64,000 nt of DNA from Cetorhinus maximus (taxonomy: Eukaryota): NCBI RefSeq assembly GCF_964194155.1, contig NC_135880.1, positions 148,242,001-148,306,000 of the forward strand, written 5' to 3'. Below, piece by piece: positions 1 to 12,156 of the stretch. The first letter of the stretch is position 1, and every line of letters begins with the position of its first letter. The notes under the pieces were generated by a model that saw nothing but the letters and a program-made list of their open reading frames with translations, was not told where the DNA came from and did no database searches. A program made the translations under genes and the position numbers.

Positions 1-1260
1 AGTGTCAGAGATGGACCATATGAAAATGATGGAGGGGTGGAGATTGGAAGCAAAATTAATAAATTTTTCCAGGTCCCGACGAGAGCATGAAGCAGCACCG
101 AAGTAATCATTGATGTACCGGAGAAAGAGTTGTGGGAGGGGGCCGGAGTAGGACTGGAACCAGGAATGTTCCACATACCCCATAAAGAGACAGGCATAGC
201 TGGGGCCCATGCGGGTACCCATAGCCACACCTTTTATTTGGTGGAAGTGAGAGGAGTTAAAGGAGAAATTGTTCAGTGTGAGAACAAGTTCAGCCAGACG
301 GAGGAGAGTAGTGGTGGATGGGGATTGTTCGGGCCTCTGTTCAAGGAAGAAGCTAAGGGCACTCAGACCATCCTGGTGGGGGATGGAGGTGTAGAGGGAT
401 TGGACATCCATGGTGAAGAGGAAGCGGTTAGGGCCAGGGAACTGGAAATTGTTGATGTGACGTAAGGTGTCAGAGGAATCACGGATGTAGGTGGGAAGGG
501 ACTGGACAAGGGGAGAGAGAAGGGAGTCAAGATAACGAGGAATGAGTTCCGTGGGGCAGGAACAGGCTGACACGATCGGTCTGCCAGGACAGTTCTGTTT
601 GTGGATTTTGGGTAGGAGGTAGAAGCGGGCCGTCCAAGGTTGGGCGACTATCAAGTTGGAAGCTGTGGGAGGAAGATCTCCAGAGGAGATGAGGTCAGTG
701 ACAGTCCTGGAAACAATGGCTTGATGTTCTGTGGTGGGGTCATGGTCCAGTGAGAGGTAGGAGGAAGTGTCTGCGAGTTGACGCTCAGCCTCGCGAGGTA
801 GAGGTCAGTGCGCCAGACAGTACCACCCTTGTCAGCGGGTTTGATGACATTGTTGGGGTTGGACCTGAGAGAACGGAGTGCAGTAAGTTCAGAGAGAGAC
901 AGATTAGAATGGGTGAGAGGAGCAGAGAAATTGATACGGCTAATGTCACGCCGGCAGTTCTCAATGAAAAGATCAAGAGAAGGTAAGAATCCAGAGGGAG
1001 GGGTCCAGGTGGAGGGAGAATATTGGAGGTGGGTAAAATGATCCATTGAATGGGGAGAGGACTCCTGCCCAAAGAAGTGAGCACGGAGACGAAGACGGCG
1101 GAAGAAGAGTTCGGCATCGTGCCGAGCCCGAAATTCATTGAGATGAGGGCGTAAGGGTATGAAACTAAGTCCTTTGCTGAGCACTGAACGTTCAGCATCG
1201 GAGAGGGGAAGGTCAGGGAGTATAGTGAATATGCGGCTGGGGCTGGGATTGGAAGATGGG
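1..1260 (-). mobile_element. Penelope-like element (PLE), N-terminal ORF region and RT, truncated by window edge, frameshifted
   Basis: LSKGLSFIP...FFRRLRLRAHFF and IKPADKGG motifs (ORF 651-1184); 1-640 is closely similar to the RT region at 63360-64000. Confidence 0.9.
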
Positions 1261-2090
1261 AAGATGAAAGATTGTGGCTATCACACCTGTCATGTAAAAG
1301 CCCAAGCACACAAATTCTTAAGCAATCAAGCCCCCTGTGTGCCAAAAATATAGTTTAAAGTGGATTTATTGTGTAATTATATGGGCTTCATTTGATTGAA
1401 TAAATGACTTGGATAATTCAGCTTATGAAAGTTACATTTTTGCATATATTATCCATGATATCATGAACAATGAGATGGGTTATATTTTCAGTGCTGCTTT
1501 TACAGTTGTAGTACTTTTCAATCCAATAAGAATTTTTATAAGAATTAACAACAGCTACAGGAATGATTTCTATAGAGTTATTTTGAAAATATATATTATT
1601 CATGATATTGGGTTTCACAACTCACTCACACCGGCAACACTACGGTTATGAGGTTCAATGCTCCACAACAAAATTTCTTGCTTCACCACTTCTCGTGAAT
1701 GATCCCAGTTTAACTATAAATCCCCTTTTATCTTACATACTACTGAAGTGGAGGCCCTTATGGCGTTACTTTAATATTCACCCATTATGGCATGTATAAA
1801 CACTTGATATAAAATCATAAACTGTCTGATTTTGTTCACATGTAACAGGAACAGTTACCACAGCAAACATCAATTAGTATATAATCCAAAGCTAACCAAC
1901 TCAAAAAATGGAAGCAATGTTCATGTTTCTGCACATCGCAGTATTTTACAACTCTATTATCTCACATAAGCCTGGAAATTCCTGTTGTTGCACAAGTTGG
2001 ATAAATGATGTGTTGTCAATGGTTGCCATACTACGCACGCATGGTTATTCACTTCTAATATCCAGATCTAACATATTTTGTCCATTCTAT

Positions 2091-3240
2091 GGCCAGGATT
2101 TTCTGTGCCCGTTGGCTTTAGGTGTGTTTGGTGGCGTGAGCGGACATATAGTGAGATGGACAAAAATCAGTTTCACGACGTCGTGAAACCAGTTTGCGAT
2201 CGCCTGCTCAGCCCATCAATGTCGGACCGCATTTTCCACCATCAGACATCAGGAACCTCATTGCAATACATCTGCATATCAATATAAGGCCATCCCGCTG
2301 GACTCATACCCACAATCCCCCCACCCCTGCTGGATCGTACACCAACGTATGTGGAAAAAAACGCCATTGTGTTTCACAACAGCATATATAAGGTGCACAC
2401 TTAGCAGGCTGCACTTCGCTCGGGACTTCAAGGTTTGTTTTCCTACCTTACTTCAGTCAGTACTCGCAGTTATCAGTGCCAGGCTTCACAGACAGATCCA
2501 CATCACCTTTAGGAAGGCCCACGGGCAGGTCTCTACCTTGCAGACCAGCCATATGTGAATGCAGGACTAGGATTTGCTTGGGGAAGGGGGAGAAATGGCA
2601 TCAGGCAAGGGAAGAGGCTGCAGGACGAGGGCTGTACTGAGGAAGGAGGGTGCCCCAGGGTATGTGTGGGGGCATATGTTGATCTGTGTAAGTGGCTTCA
2701 AGATGGTGAGGGCTGAGGAGGCAGTCTCCAGAAGAGATAAGGCCAGATGGAGGTGTGAGAGTGTGTGTGTGAGAATGGGAGGTGATATCGCTTGAGCTGG
2801 CAGTGAGTGAGATGCCAGTGAATGTGTGAAGGGCTTGAATGTGTGAGTTTATGGTGATGAGACGGTTCCCATACCCTGGCTGTGCGGATGAGATCATTCA
2901 TCCTCTATCTGCATTGGGTGGCCAACCTCTTCTGTGCAACATTAGCACTGATCATCCGTGCCATCACCTATCAAGATGGAGCAGTAATGTTGCTGCCTGC
3001 CCTGCAGCCAGAGCAGGGGTAGAGGACATCACAGTGAGTGCCCAAAAGGTGCTTGAGGGCTGCAATCTTCTTGCCCTTTGGGGCCATGTCTTCTTTGCTG
3101 CAGTGCTGGGCTGGGAGCACTGAGTGCGGCTGTACTTTAAGTGTGGTGCCTTACGTGATGAAGTGATGAGGCGAATAGGAGTCCGTCCAAATTAGAAACG
3201 GCTTGTATCCTGGGATTGCATAATTAATGTGGCGGGTTTG
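2091..3240 (-). mobile_element. Harbinger/PIF non-autonomous remnant with Myb/SANT exon-1 relic (3087->2875)
   Basis: Starts with TIR-like GGCCAGGATTTT; minus strand reads MAPKGKKIAA...QKRLATQCR*RMNDLIRTAR then a GT donor; other end not found. Confidence 0.65.
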
Positions 3241-3650
3241 GGACTTGGGTTGTTTTCGTTGGAGCAGAGAAGACTGAGGGGCGACCTGATCGAGGTGTAC
3301 AAGATTATGAGGGGCATGGACAGGGTGGATAGGGAGCAGCTGTTCTCCTTAGTTGAAGGGTCAGTCATGAGGGTACATAAGTTCAAAGTGAGGGGCAGGA
3401 GGTTTAGGGGGGATGTGAGGAAAAACTTTTTTACCCAGAGGGTGGTGACGGTCTGGAATCGCTGCCTGGGAGGGTGGTGGAGGCGGGTTGCCTCACATCC
3501 TTTAAAAAGTACCTGGATGAGCACTTGCACGTCATAACATTCAAGGCTATGGGCCAAGTGCTGGTAAATGGGATTAGGTAGGTCGGTCAGGTGGTTCTCA
3601 TGCCTCGGTGCAGACTCGATGGGCTGAAGGGCCTTTTCTGCACTGTATGA
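3241..3650 (+). mobile_element. CR1/HER1-type LINE 3' fragment
   Basis: LGLFSLEQRRLRGDLIEVYKIMRG...FFTQRVVTVWN C-terminus and TGGGCTGAAGGGCC...CTGTATGA tail. Confidence 0.9.
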
Positions 3651-3741
3651 CCTGTCTTTCTACCTTCAAAGATTTGTGCACAAAAACCCCAGGTCTCTCT
3701 GTTCTTGAACCCCCTTTAAAAGTGTTAAGGATAAGGAAGTG

Positions 3742-4196
3742 GGTTACATTAAAATAGCACCTTTCACAGCCTCAGGATGCCCCAAAGTGCTCCACAGCCA
3801 ATGAAGTACCTTTAAAGATAACTCACTGTAATAATGTAATAAACACAGAAGCCAATTAGTAGACAACATGATCCTGTAAACAGCAATGTGATAATGACTG
3901 GATAGTCTGTTTTTGTAGATGTTGATTGAGGGATAAATATTGGTCAGGACATTGGGAATAACTCCCCTGCTCCTCTTCAAAATAGTCCCGTAGATCTTTC
4001 ACATCCACCTGATATGGTAGTCAGGGCCTCAGCTTAACATCTCAATCAAAAGACTGCACCCCCAACAATACAGCACTCCCCCTGTACTGCAATGGAGTGT
4101 CAGCCTAGATTTTTGCACTCAAGTGTCTGTAATACATTTGAACTCACAATCTTCTGACTTGGAGGCAAAAGCAGTAGCAACTGAATATAGCTGACA
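3742..4196 (-). mobile_element. Deu-domain tRNA SINE (SacSINE1/AmnSINE1-like)
   Basis: Reverse-oriented tRNA-like head near 4135-4195, Deu-like core (GATGTTGATTGAGGGATAAATATTGG...CATCCACCTGA), LINE-like tail; partial second copy at 50860-51150. Confidence 0.75.
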
Positions 4197-4838
4197 TCAC
4201 TATATTACATATACCATTTAGCTTATATTGTCTCTTATTCTTTCTAACAAAATTTATCATATCACACTTTTGTGCATTGAGTTTCATCTGCCTTGGGACC
4301 ACCCATTCCACCAAGTTGCCCATCTCTTTTGCTATCTTTTTCACTGTTTCCTGGACTTCCAAGGGTAGAATTTTATGCCTCACGGGCAGGCGCGCGCCTG
4401 ACTCAATCGGGCGTAAAATAGCACAAGAAAACACACGTGCAATCTTCAGATTGGTGGGCACACCCGGGCAGCAGAGCCACATCTGCCATCAATTAAAAGG
4501 CCACTTAAGGCCATTAAAAAGCCAATTGATCCCGATTTCACATTGAGCGTGCAATTTTGCACTCATTGCATAGGCAAAACGGGCAGGTGGGCAGCCCACA
4601 TTTTCACAACCTCATCCAAGAGCGGGATAAATGGGTCAGCAGCATTGCCGTTGTGAGTAGTGAAGAATTTAAGAGATAGTTTGCTGCTGGTTGCTTATTT
4701 GAACGTGACAGCTTCAGCTGAGCTTCAGTCTTTGCATTTCTAGGCTTCATTTCAGGACTCATTGGAGACCAGGGCCCCCGGGGGATTTTGACCATGTGGA
4801 CCCTTTCAGGTATCAGACAGACGTCCATTACCCTGGTA

Positions 4839-6036
4839 ATGGGGATTGTGGTCTCCACTGGTGGCACCTCCTCTGAGGAGGAAGAGAGGGGCAGAAGGCA
4901 GAGGAGGCCAGGTGTTCCAGTGCAGCCTCCAGGCGAGTGACACGTGGGAGGAGAGGCACAGGCACAAGGGCTGCAGGGCCAGCAGGTAGCTCAAGGCAGA
5001 AGGGGCCACAGAAGACACCACTATCTGCTGCCAGGGCTTACAGGCAGCGAGGTAACTACCTCAAGAAGTCCGAGGTGCAATGCCGAAGGAGGCTCTGCCT
5101 CCCCACGGAGACAGTGACCTTGTTTATCATATGATAGGGCCCGAGGTCACTCCCAACTGTGTGGGTGTCAGTGGCTCTGAAGGTCACAGTAGCCCTCAAT
5201 TTCTATGCCTTTGGCTTTTTCCAGGGGTCAGCTGGGGATCTTTGTGGAGTCTCCCAATCAGCTGTCCACAGTTACGTCAAACCTTTGACAGAATCTCCGT
5301 TCAGGCAGGTATTGGCATTTATTCATTTCCGTATGGAAGAGGCCAGCCAGGCTCAGTGAGCCAGAGGCTTTGCAGTGATTGCTAGGTTCTCCCGCATCCT
5401 AGGGTGCCATTGACTGCAAACATTTGGCCATCAAGGTGCCAGCAGGTCAGCCGGGTGCCTTTGCCAACAAGAAGGGATTCCGCTCCATGAACGTCCAGGT
5501 AGTTTGTGACCAGAAGATGCAGATTCTGCAAGTCTGTGCAAGGTACCCTGGCAGCTCCCATGATGCTTATATCCTGAGATAGGTGCCGAGGCTCTTCAGT
5601 GCTCCAGCCTGACTGGATGGATGGCTGCTGGGTGGCAAAGGCTATCAGTTGTAAAGGTGGCTCTCCGCCACCCAAGAATAAAGGCAGAGCAGCGTTATAA
5701 CAGGAGTCATGCTTCCACAAGGCAGTGATAGAGAAGACCATAGGTCTTCTGAAGATGCACTTATGATGCCAGCACTGTTCAGGGGGAGCACTACAATACC
5801 CCCCAGAGCGGGTGTTACTGATAGTGGTTGCATGGTGTGCTCGCCACAACCTGGCCCTGGCAAGGGGGGACCCACTGGAGGAAGAGGATCTTGACGCAGC
5901 TCCACAGGCCACAGAGGATGAATCCAGTAGTGAGTCAGAAGAGGAGGATGAAGAGGAGAATGCTGAGGGCATGGAGGCAGACCTCTGTATCCTTCAGGGA
6001 GGCAGGGACACCTTGATCCAATGCTCCTGCAGCTAG
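4839..6036 (+). pseudogene. Harbinger DDE transposase (HARBI1-like family), disabled
   Basis: LKVTVALNFYA, GAIDCKH, KGFRSMNVQVVCD, ARYPGSSHDAYIL, LLGGKGY, acidic tail; stops and frameshifts. Confidence 0.9.
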
Positions 6037-6366
6037 GCTGCCAAAGATTTGCTTCCACCTCATGCCAGGGCTGCCGCCTCCATCCTGGATGTCTGAAGTT
6101 ATCCTTTCATTTGAACCCAAAGTTCACTCAACGCCTGTGCAATTAAGTTTAGAGCCACTCATGCCCAGCATTACATACTGGCGTATCCTGCACCAAAAAA
6201 TTAAAAGGTAAAGCACACTCAGGCCATTATGACAAAAACAAAATTTATGTCATTTTCACAAGCCAAAAAAATTAACACAACCTTCTCTGGTCTTCATTCT
6301 CAGACCAGTAAACATAAATAAAACATTACACAACTGAAGGTGACCCATGACCAGTCCCTCTTGTGC

Positions 6367-8220
6367 TCATGGTGCCTTAAACTTATGTTTGCGAGTGCTA
6401 CGTCTTAGTGCACCCCCGGCCCCTTTTTGCTGGCAGCGGCATTGGAGGCAGCCTCCTGACTCTGGTGTCTTGTTGGCCTTGATCACCTTTAAGGTTGTCC
6501 TCTGGCCAGTGGAGCCTGTGCTGGCCCTGCCTGGGAAGGAGCAGCCAGTGCCATGGCTGGCATCTCCCCAGTCATTGCAGCCTCATCAGATGCCATGGTC
6601 ACTGGCGGAGGAGCGGAAGAGCTGCTGCCAACATCCAGAGCCCGTTGAGAGGAGCCCTCAGAAATGACAAGCAACTCGTGTGCCAACATGAGGTCACTCT
6701 GGACCTCCTTGCTCGCCATTGGTGGACGGGCACCTAGCTGGGATACTGGGTGCCTCATCCATCTTCCACACTGGCATTGACCACCTGAGGTCATTGCCTG
6801 TGTGAGGGCTTGTAGGTACGAGCGCAACCCCAGGAGCCCCTCATTCTGTCCCTGGAGCTGCCACTCCTTAAGAGTCGCCACTCTCTCAATGGAGGAGGCA
6901 GTGCACTATGCTTCGCATGGACTCCTCCATAACAGAGACCATGGTACGCATACCCTCATGGATCTCCGCCAGATCCTCCTGCACATCCTGCTGGACAACC
7001 AGCATCTGCCAACTGTTGGGCAACTCCAGGGGCTCATTATCTGCCTTTGATTCAGCATTGCCCTGGCCCCCAGCAGTCCTCCCACTGCCAGCACCCTGGG
7101 CACATTCTGCCTCCACTTGGTCCTCAAGTGAGTGTGATGTGCCCTCACTGCGGTGCTCTGACATTCTAGCCAAAGATCTAATACCCCCCGTGGTGCTGGT
7201 ATCTATGCTGGAGCCTGATTCGGAGAATGGGTGTGACGCAGGTGCAGCTGAAACCCGGCAGTCCTCTGGCGTCAGGCATGCTCTTCCGGGACCCTGTGAG
7301 TAAGTACGTGCTGGCAAATCTAAGGGAGAGCAAAGGCATATCATGAGTTCAAGTCATCACACTGTCACTGTGCATGCCAGGCACCCTGGTGAGACAATGG
7401 AGACATGGATCATAGTGCCATCGTCTTTCAGTGATCAATCAGGACTCCAGTTTTGAGGCTTCCATCAATGAAGAGACGACACCAGAATCTGAAACTCTCG
7501 CCTCTTTGCACTGCACTCTTACCTTCATCTGACACCCCAGCCTCTATACGACTACATGACAGAGGTGCATGGTGCCTCTCCAGCTCCAAGGCGCTCTGCT
7601 CATATTTTGTAAGGATTAGGCGGTTTGGAGGGGCCTCTGCCTTTCTGTGACCTCTGAATCTTGTTGTTATTGTTATGTTATGTTAATGTTGTTATGGCTT
7701 GTCATCTTCTGAAAGAACAAAGGAGAATTGATTAGTCCACTCTCTACCTGCAGCGCCATTGCAACCTGACCAACCCCACCTGAGGAACACCCTGAAGGGC
7801 ACATCCGAGTTGCAGCCCTTGAGCCACAAGGCACTCAGTCCGAACAGCCAGGGCTCACCCCCTTGGCCAGCTCCAGCCTCATTGGCAGATGGCACTAAGA
7901 TCCTAACACCCCTGAGCTCCACAGTGGGATGGCCAGACCTTAACACTTCACCACACTGGTCCATGCGAACATGGTACTCACCCTTCCTTAGTGCAGCAGG
8001 TTATTAAACCCCACCGCACCCATGTGCGCCACAAAAGGTAGTGGCTGCTGACCTGGGCCGCCTCCCAAGCTTTCTTTGTCAGGTGCGGTGGTCTCCTCCT
8101 TCCATCTCTGGGGACAAGGGTATCCCTCCTGGGGGCCACCTCCTCCAGGAGGATCACGAGGTACTCAGCCGAAAAGCCAGGGTGCTGAGTGCCCACCTGA
8201 CCTGCCCTCCTGCCTGGCAT
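6367..8220 (-). pseudogene. Harbinger Myb/SANT DNA-binding partner gene, 3 exons (8220-7982, 7708-7523, 7319-6367), disabled
   Basis: FSAEYLVILLEEVAPRRDTLVPRDGRRRPPHLTKKAWE Myb-like helices; canonical GTGAGT/TTTCAG and GTAAGA/CCTTAG splice sites; ends LRRSTRKHKFKAP*. Confidence 0.8.
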
Positions 8221-9012
8221 CTCCAGCCACAGTACAGGCCAAAGCTTCGGTCTTCAGCACGCAGAAGATATTTTCTTCCCTGGCAGCCTTCAAGGAGCTG
8301 CCTGTGCTGTTTTTAAACTGCCCGCCGGGCCGCCATTGGACCTGGTGGCCGACAGACCCTGCCGCCGATCGTGGGCGGAGTCTCGTTTCCCGACTGGTCC
8401 CAGGCCCGCCAATCACACGCACTCACCTAGGGTAAAATTCAGGTCCAAGTTTCTTGTCATTTGCAAATTTCAAAATTGCACCCTGTACACACCAAGTCCC
8501 AGTCAATAATGAGTATGAGAAACAACAATGGTCCAAGTACTGAACCCTGGTGAAAATTGTGTACCTTCCTCCAGCCTGAAAAACTGGCATTGACCTGTAC
8601 ATGTCACAAGATACAAGTTTCTGATTTCTCCGGTATCTGGATAGGACATATTTAGTAGAGGGAAAAATGTCAGAATTAATAGAGGTGGAATTTGTGACAG
8701 AAAGAATGGGAAACCAATATTAGAGAACTGAATATTGGATTGTTTGAGTAGGAAAAGGAAGGTTTTGTAAAGCACAGGATGCTAAGTAAATACTACATGG
8801 AATTATATAGAATCCATAACACAGGAAAAGGCCCGTGGATTCAAATGGTCTATGCTAGCACTTACGCTCCACATGAGTCCCCTGCTGCCTTTCTTTATCT
8901 AATTCTATCAGCATATCCTTCTATCCCTTTTTCCCTCATTTGTTTATGTAGCTTCCCCTTAAATGTATTCAGTTACCTTGATTACAACTTGTGCTATGGA
9001 GCTCCATTTTAA

Positions 9013-10193
9013 TGTTCCTAAATGAAAATGGGAGTGTGCAGGTTATTTTCTTTTCTTTATGTTCTCATGTCCTGCACTGTTTCTGGCAGTCTGCAAATTG
9101 ATGCCAGGAGATGTGCATGAAAATGTTACGAGACCTGACCCTTTTGTCAGGTGGAGATCTTGAACTCCAGGTCCCTTCGGGTCCTGGGAGTTCCCATGCA
9201 TGCTTGGACTAGGAGTGGGTTGCGCATGCTTAGTACAGCATTTGAATTTCATTGGGCTGAGGACACAGGCGCAGTGTGCCTGCATGAAAACAGTGCAAAA
9301 ACCCTGATCACATGATTAGGAGTGTGGGAGTGCCATAATCGAGGAATGTCCCTGGTGGGTGACGAGGAGAAAGGAATGGGAGAGGGGACAGGTAGAGGTC
9401 CCAATTAAGAAGAAAGAGAGAGAAGCAGAGAAAGAAGCACCAAGCAGTAAAAGGGTTGTGGTTGGCAGACTGCAAGTAGTGAAGGCTCAGGAGAAGCCCT
9501 GAAGATCTGAGAAGGCAACAGAAGGTTGGAGACTCTGTGTTGCAGGCCATTAGGATGATGGTACCCTTTTGAAGCTTTAGTATTCTGCCCAGCACAGCTG
9601 AAGAGCTGAAGTTGTGCTTGTAAGTTGGTGCTAGAGTGCAGGCTTGGGAATCCAGGGGAACAGAGTCTCAGGGACAAGATTGAAATCTTGCAAGGTGGGC
9701 TGTTGTTGAGGCAGTCCAAATTGGAGCAACTTTGGAGGTAATTCCAAGATGAGATATTTGAAAGTAAAGATTGGAATCCTAGTGAGAGAGGCAGAGTTTC
9801 AACGAGATTTGTTGACTCAGTGTTGACTGATGTCTTAGTGGGTTGTTGAGAAATTTATGGAATCAGTTTTGGTCACATTTGCCATTTATTGTTCAGTTGA
9901 TGCATTCAGCCATAGTTTGCCTGTTAATTCGCATGTTCCTCGTATCAGCCCCGAATGTCAGACTATAAGAAAGGTGTCATGAATTGTTTTCTTTCTGACC
10001 TTGTATAATAAAGTTTATTTTTGTTCATTGAAAACCACGGAATTTTGTGGCTTTTTTCCCTTAGCAAATGTCTTCTATCTCGAACTTTGCCTACTTTAAA
10101 CAAAAAGTGACTGGTCCCTAACTGGAAGTACCAAAAACTTGAGGTGGGGTTATGGCCCCAGATCATAACATAAATTGGGGACCCTTTTGGGAT
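9013..10193 (+). mobile_element. Gypsy-type 5' LTR (~9013-10170) with degraded tRNA-Pro primer-binding site
   Basis: AATAAA near 10006, ends ...CATAACA, followed by TAAATTGGGGACCCTTTTGGGAT resembling TGGGGGCTCGTCCGGGAT; left boundary uncertain. Confidence 0.6.
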
Positions 10194-10264
10194 TTCGAAT
10201 CCACAGAAAAATATCAGTGTTGGTACTTGCTGAGATTGATGTTGATTAGATTTCCACGGTGAAT

Positions 10265-10450
10265 TTTGCTACACTGATTCATGTCCAAATGCAGCAAGAC
10301 CTGGACGATATCCAGGCTTGGGGTGACAAATAGTGAGTAACATTCGTGCCACACAAGTGCCAGACAATGACCATGCCCAACAAGAGAGAGTCTGATCATC
10401 AACCCTTGACGGTCAGTGACATTACCATCACTAAATCCCCCACTATCAAC
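10265..10450 (+). mobile_element. CR1-group LINE RT fragment
   Basis: MQQDLDDIQAWGDK**VTFVPHKCQTMT; same family as 17210-18650. Confidence 0.75.
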
Positions 10451-10860
10451 TGTCAGGAAGATATAATAATTTTATTGGAATTTATTGTAAAATAGTGGTA
10501 ACTGTGTCTACATGAGTCTGTGTGTGTGCGAGACTTAATCAGATTTAAGGCAGCTGGTCTGAAGGCCTTGACGTAAGCATGGCAAATATGGGGGAAGTTT
10601 AGAATGTAAGGTATAAAAGTACATTTGCATTTTTAAATAAACCAGACTAGCTTGTTTTCAAAGGAGGAGTGAAATGTATTACCCAGCCAGGTGAAGGTTA
10701 AAAACAGTATGTTTATTTTCGCAAAGATTACTGGTAAAACTTACTGCTATGAAAGATTTTTATTATCAGAAAGGTAAAGTTCAAGTACATGGTGAAACAA
10801 TGGGAATTTGCACTCAAAGGGGAAATATATATATATATGTATATGTATAATGTATAAAGG
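10451..10860 (+). mobile_element. Truncated LTR related to solo LTR at 29906-30670
   Basis: Starts TGTCA; shares GCAGCTGGTCT, ACATTTGCATTTTT and TATGTTTAT blocks with the solo LTR. Confidence 0.65.
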
Positions 10861-12156
10861 AGAGGGGGGGGTTGTAAAGCACCAAGTGGCGAGGAAGGCA
10901 TAGGAGTGGTTGGACGGCTGGAAGGGGGTGGAAGCCTGGAGGTGGGGGTAAAGTGGCAGCGGAATGGGGGGCAGAGTGTTTTAGAGGTCAGGGTCTGAGG
11001 AGTCAATGTTGAGATCCTGGGGGGAGGCCTCAGGTGTCCATGATAAGAGGGAGCAGTGGCAGTCAAAGGGGAAGTAGGATGTGGTAGGGTGGAAGGGCTA
11101 TGGTGTGTGTTTGGCAGGTGTAGGTGTCATCGGGAGGGTCAAGGAAGGGGACAAGAAAGGTGGCATGGATAACAGGAATAGGTCGGGTCAGGGTGGGCAT
11201 GGGCACAGTAACGGGTGTGGGCTTCGAGGGGAGAAAAGGCATGTGGAGGTGGATGATGATAGAATCCAGGATAATGGATGGAGGTTCAAGGGTGACATTG
11301 GAGAGAGTAAAGGTCACATTGGGTGGGTCAATGGCAATAGAGGGAAGCTGGTGGGTGACAAGGGGAGAGTAAAAGGTGGTGGAGAGGGTTTGATAGGACA
11401 TGCGCACCATCTCTTTAGCAGCAAGGCCGTTGATGTCAAACTGCAATATATCAAGGCAGGAGGAGGGTCTTTGCGGGTGGGTGGAGCTCAAGGTCGACAC
11501 AATTGGCTGACTAAACGGACACCCTCATAATCATGGGGAAACTGTATGAGAGCTATGGTCATTTGAGAACCTCACTCTATGGTGAACCTCATGAGGCAGC
11601 ATGTCTGGCCCAGAGAGTTTTCATAACATTGAGGTCCCAACAAGGTACGGAGCTGTCACTCATTTCGGCCCATTTGCTATTGGCTGCAATCAGACATAGG
11701 GATAAAGGGAGAGAGGGAGGTGGATGCCTACAAGAGGCACAGCTGGTGAATGGCAGCCAACTCGCGACTCCAAATCTCCATCCTCCTGGGTTAATGATCA
11801 TGGCTGACAGGGGCTAATATGTCTAGTGTTTCTATGCTGCCAAGGCAATGGCTTCTCAACAGAGTTTCAAGGACATTGGAGGCAAGTGGAATAGTGTGAG
11901 AGGGAGGCTCTTCGCACATGGCTGTCATCATGATTGTCGAAGAACAATGTCCCCAGGCATGTATGGACAGGGGGAACACCCACCCTTGGTCCTCCAGGAT
12001 GTCCTTCACTTTTACAGGTGAAGTAGAGTGAGCGATCATTAAAGCAATTAGCAGCAAGAAGGAATCTAGGAGACTTCCAAACAATTCAAGTGAACATATA
12101 TTTATAAGTGCCAAAACTATATACAATGATTGCATACCTGTGTCACCAGTGTGCAT

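Larger units (their letters stand above)
4363..8445 (+). mobile_element. Full-length decayed Harbinger/PIF DNA transposon (transposase + convergent Myb/SANT gene)
   Basis: Imperfect TIRs GGGTAGAATTTTA...TAAAATTCAGGTC; 3-bp TSD CAA (4360-4362, 8446-8448); two convergent genes. Confidence 0.9.
3651..8590 (-). mobile_element. Old CR1 LINE fragment split into three pieces (3651-3726, 4211-4362, 8446-~8590) by later insertions
   Basis: Minus-strand peptide QMKLNAQKCDMINFVRKNKRQYKLNG; sequence is continuous once the SINE and Harbinger are removed. Confidence 0.65.

Noticed and set aside
11063-11530. Overlapping 145-149 aa ORFs on both strands
   Set aside because: G-rich low-complexity TE interior with few stops; no recognisable domain
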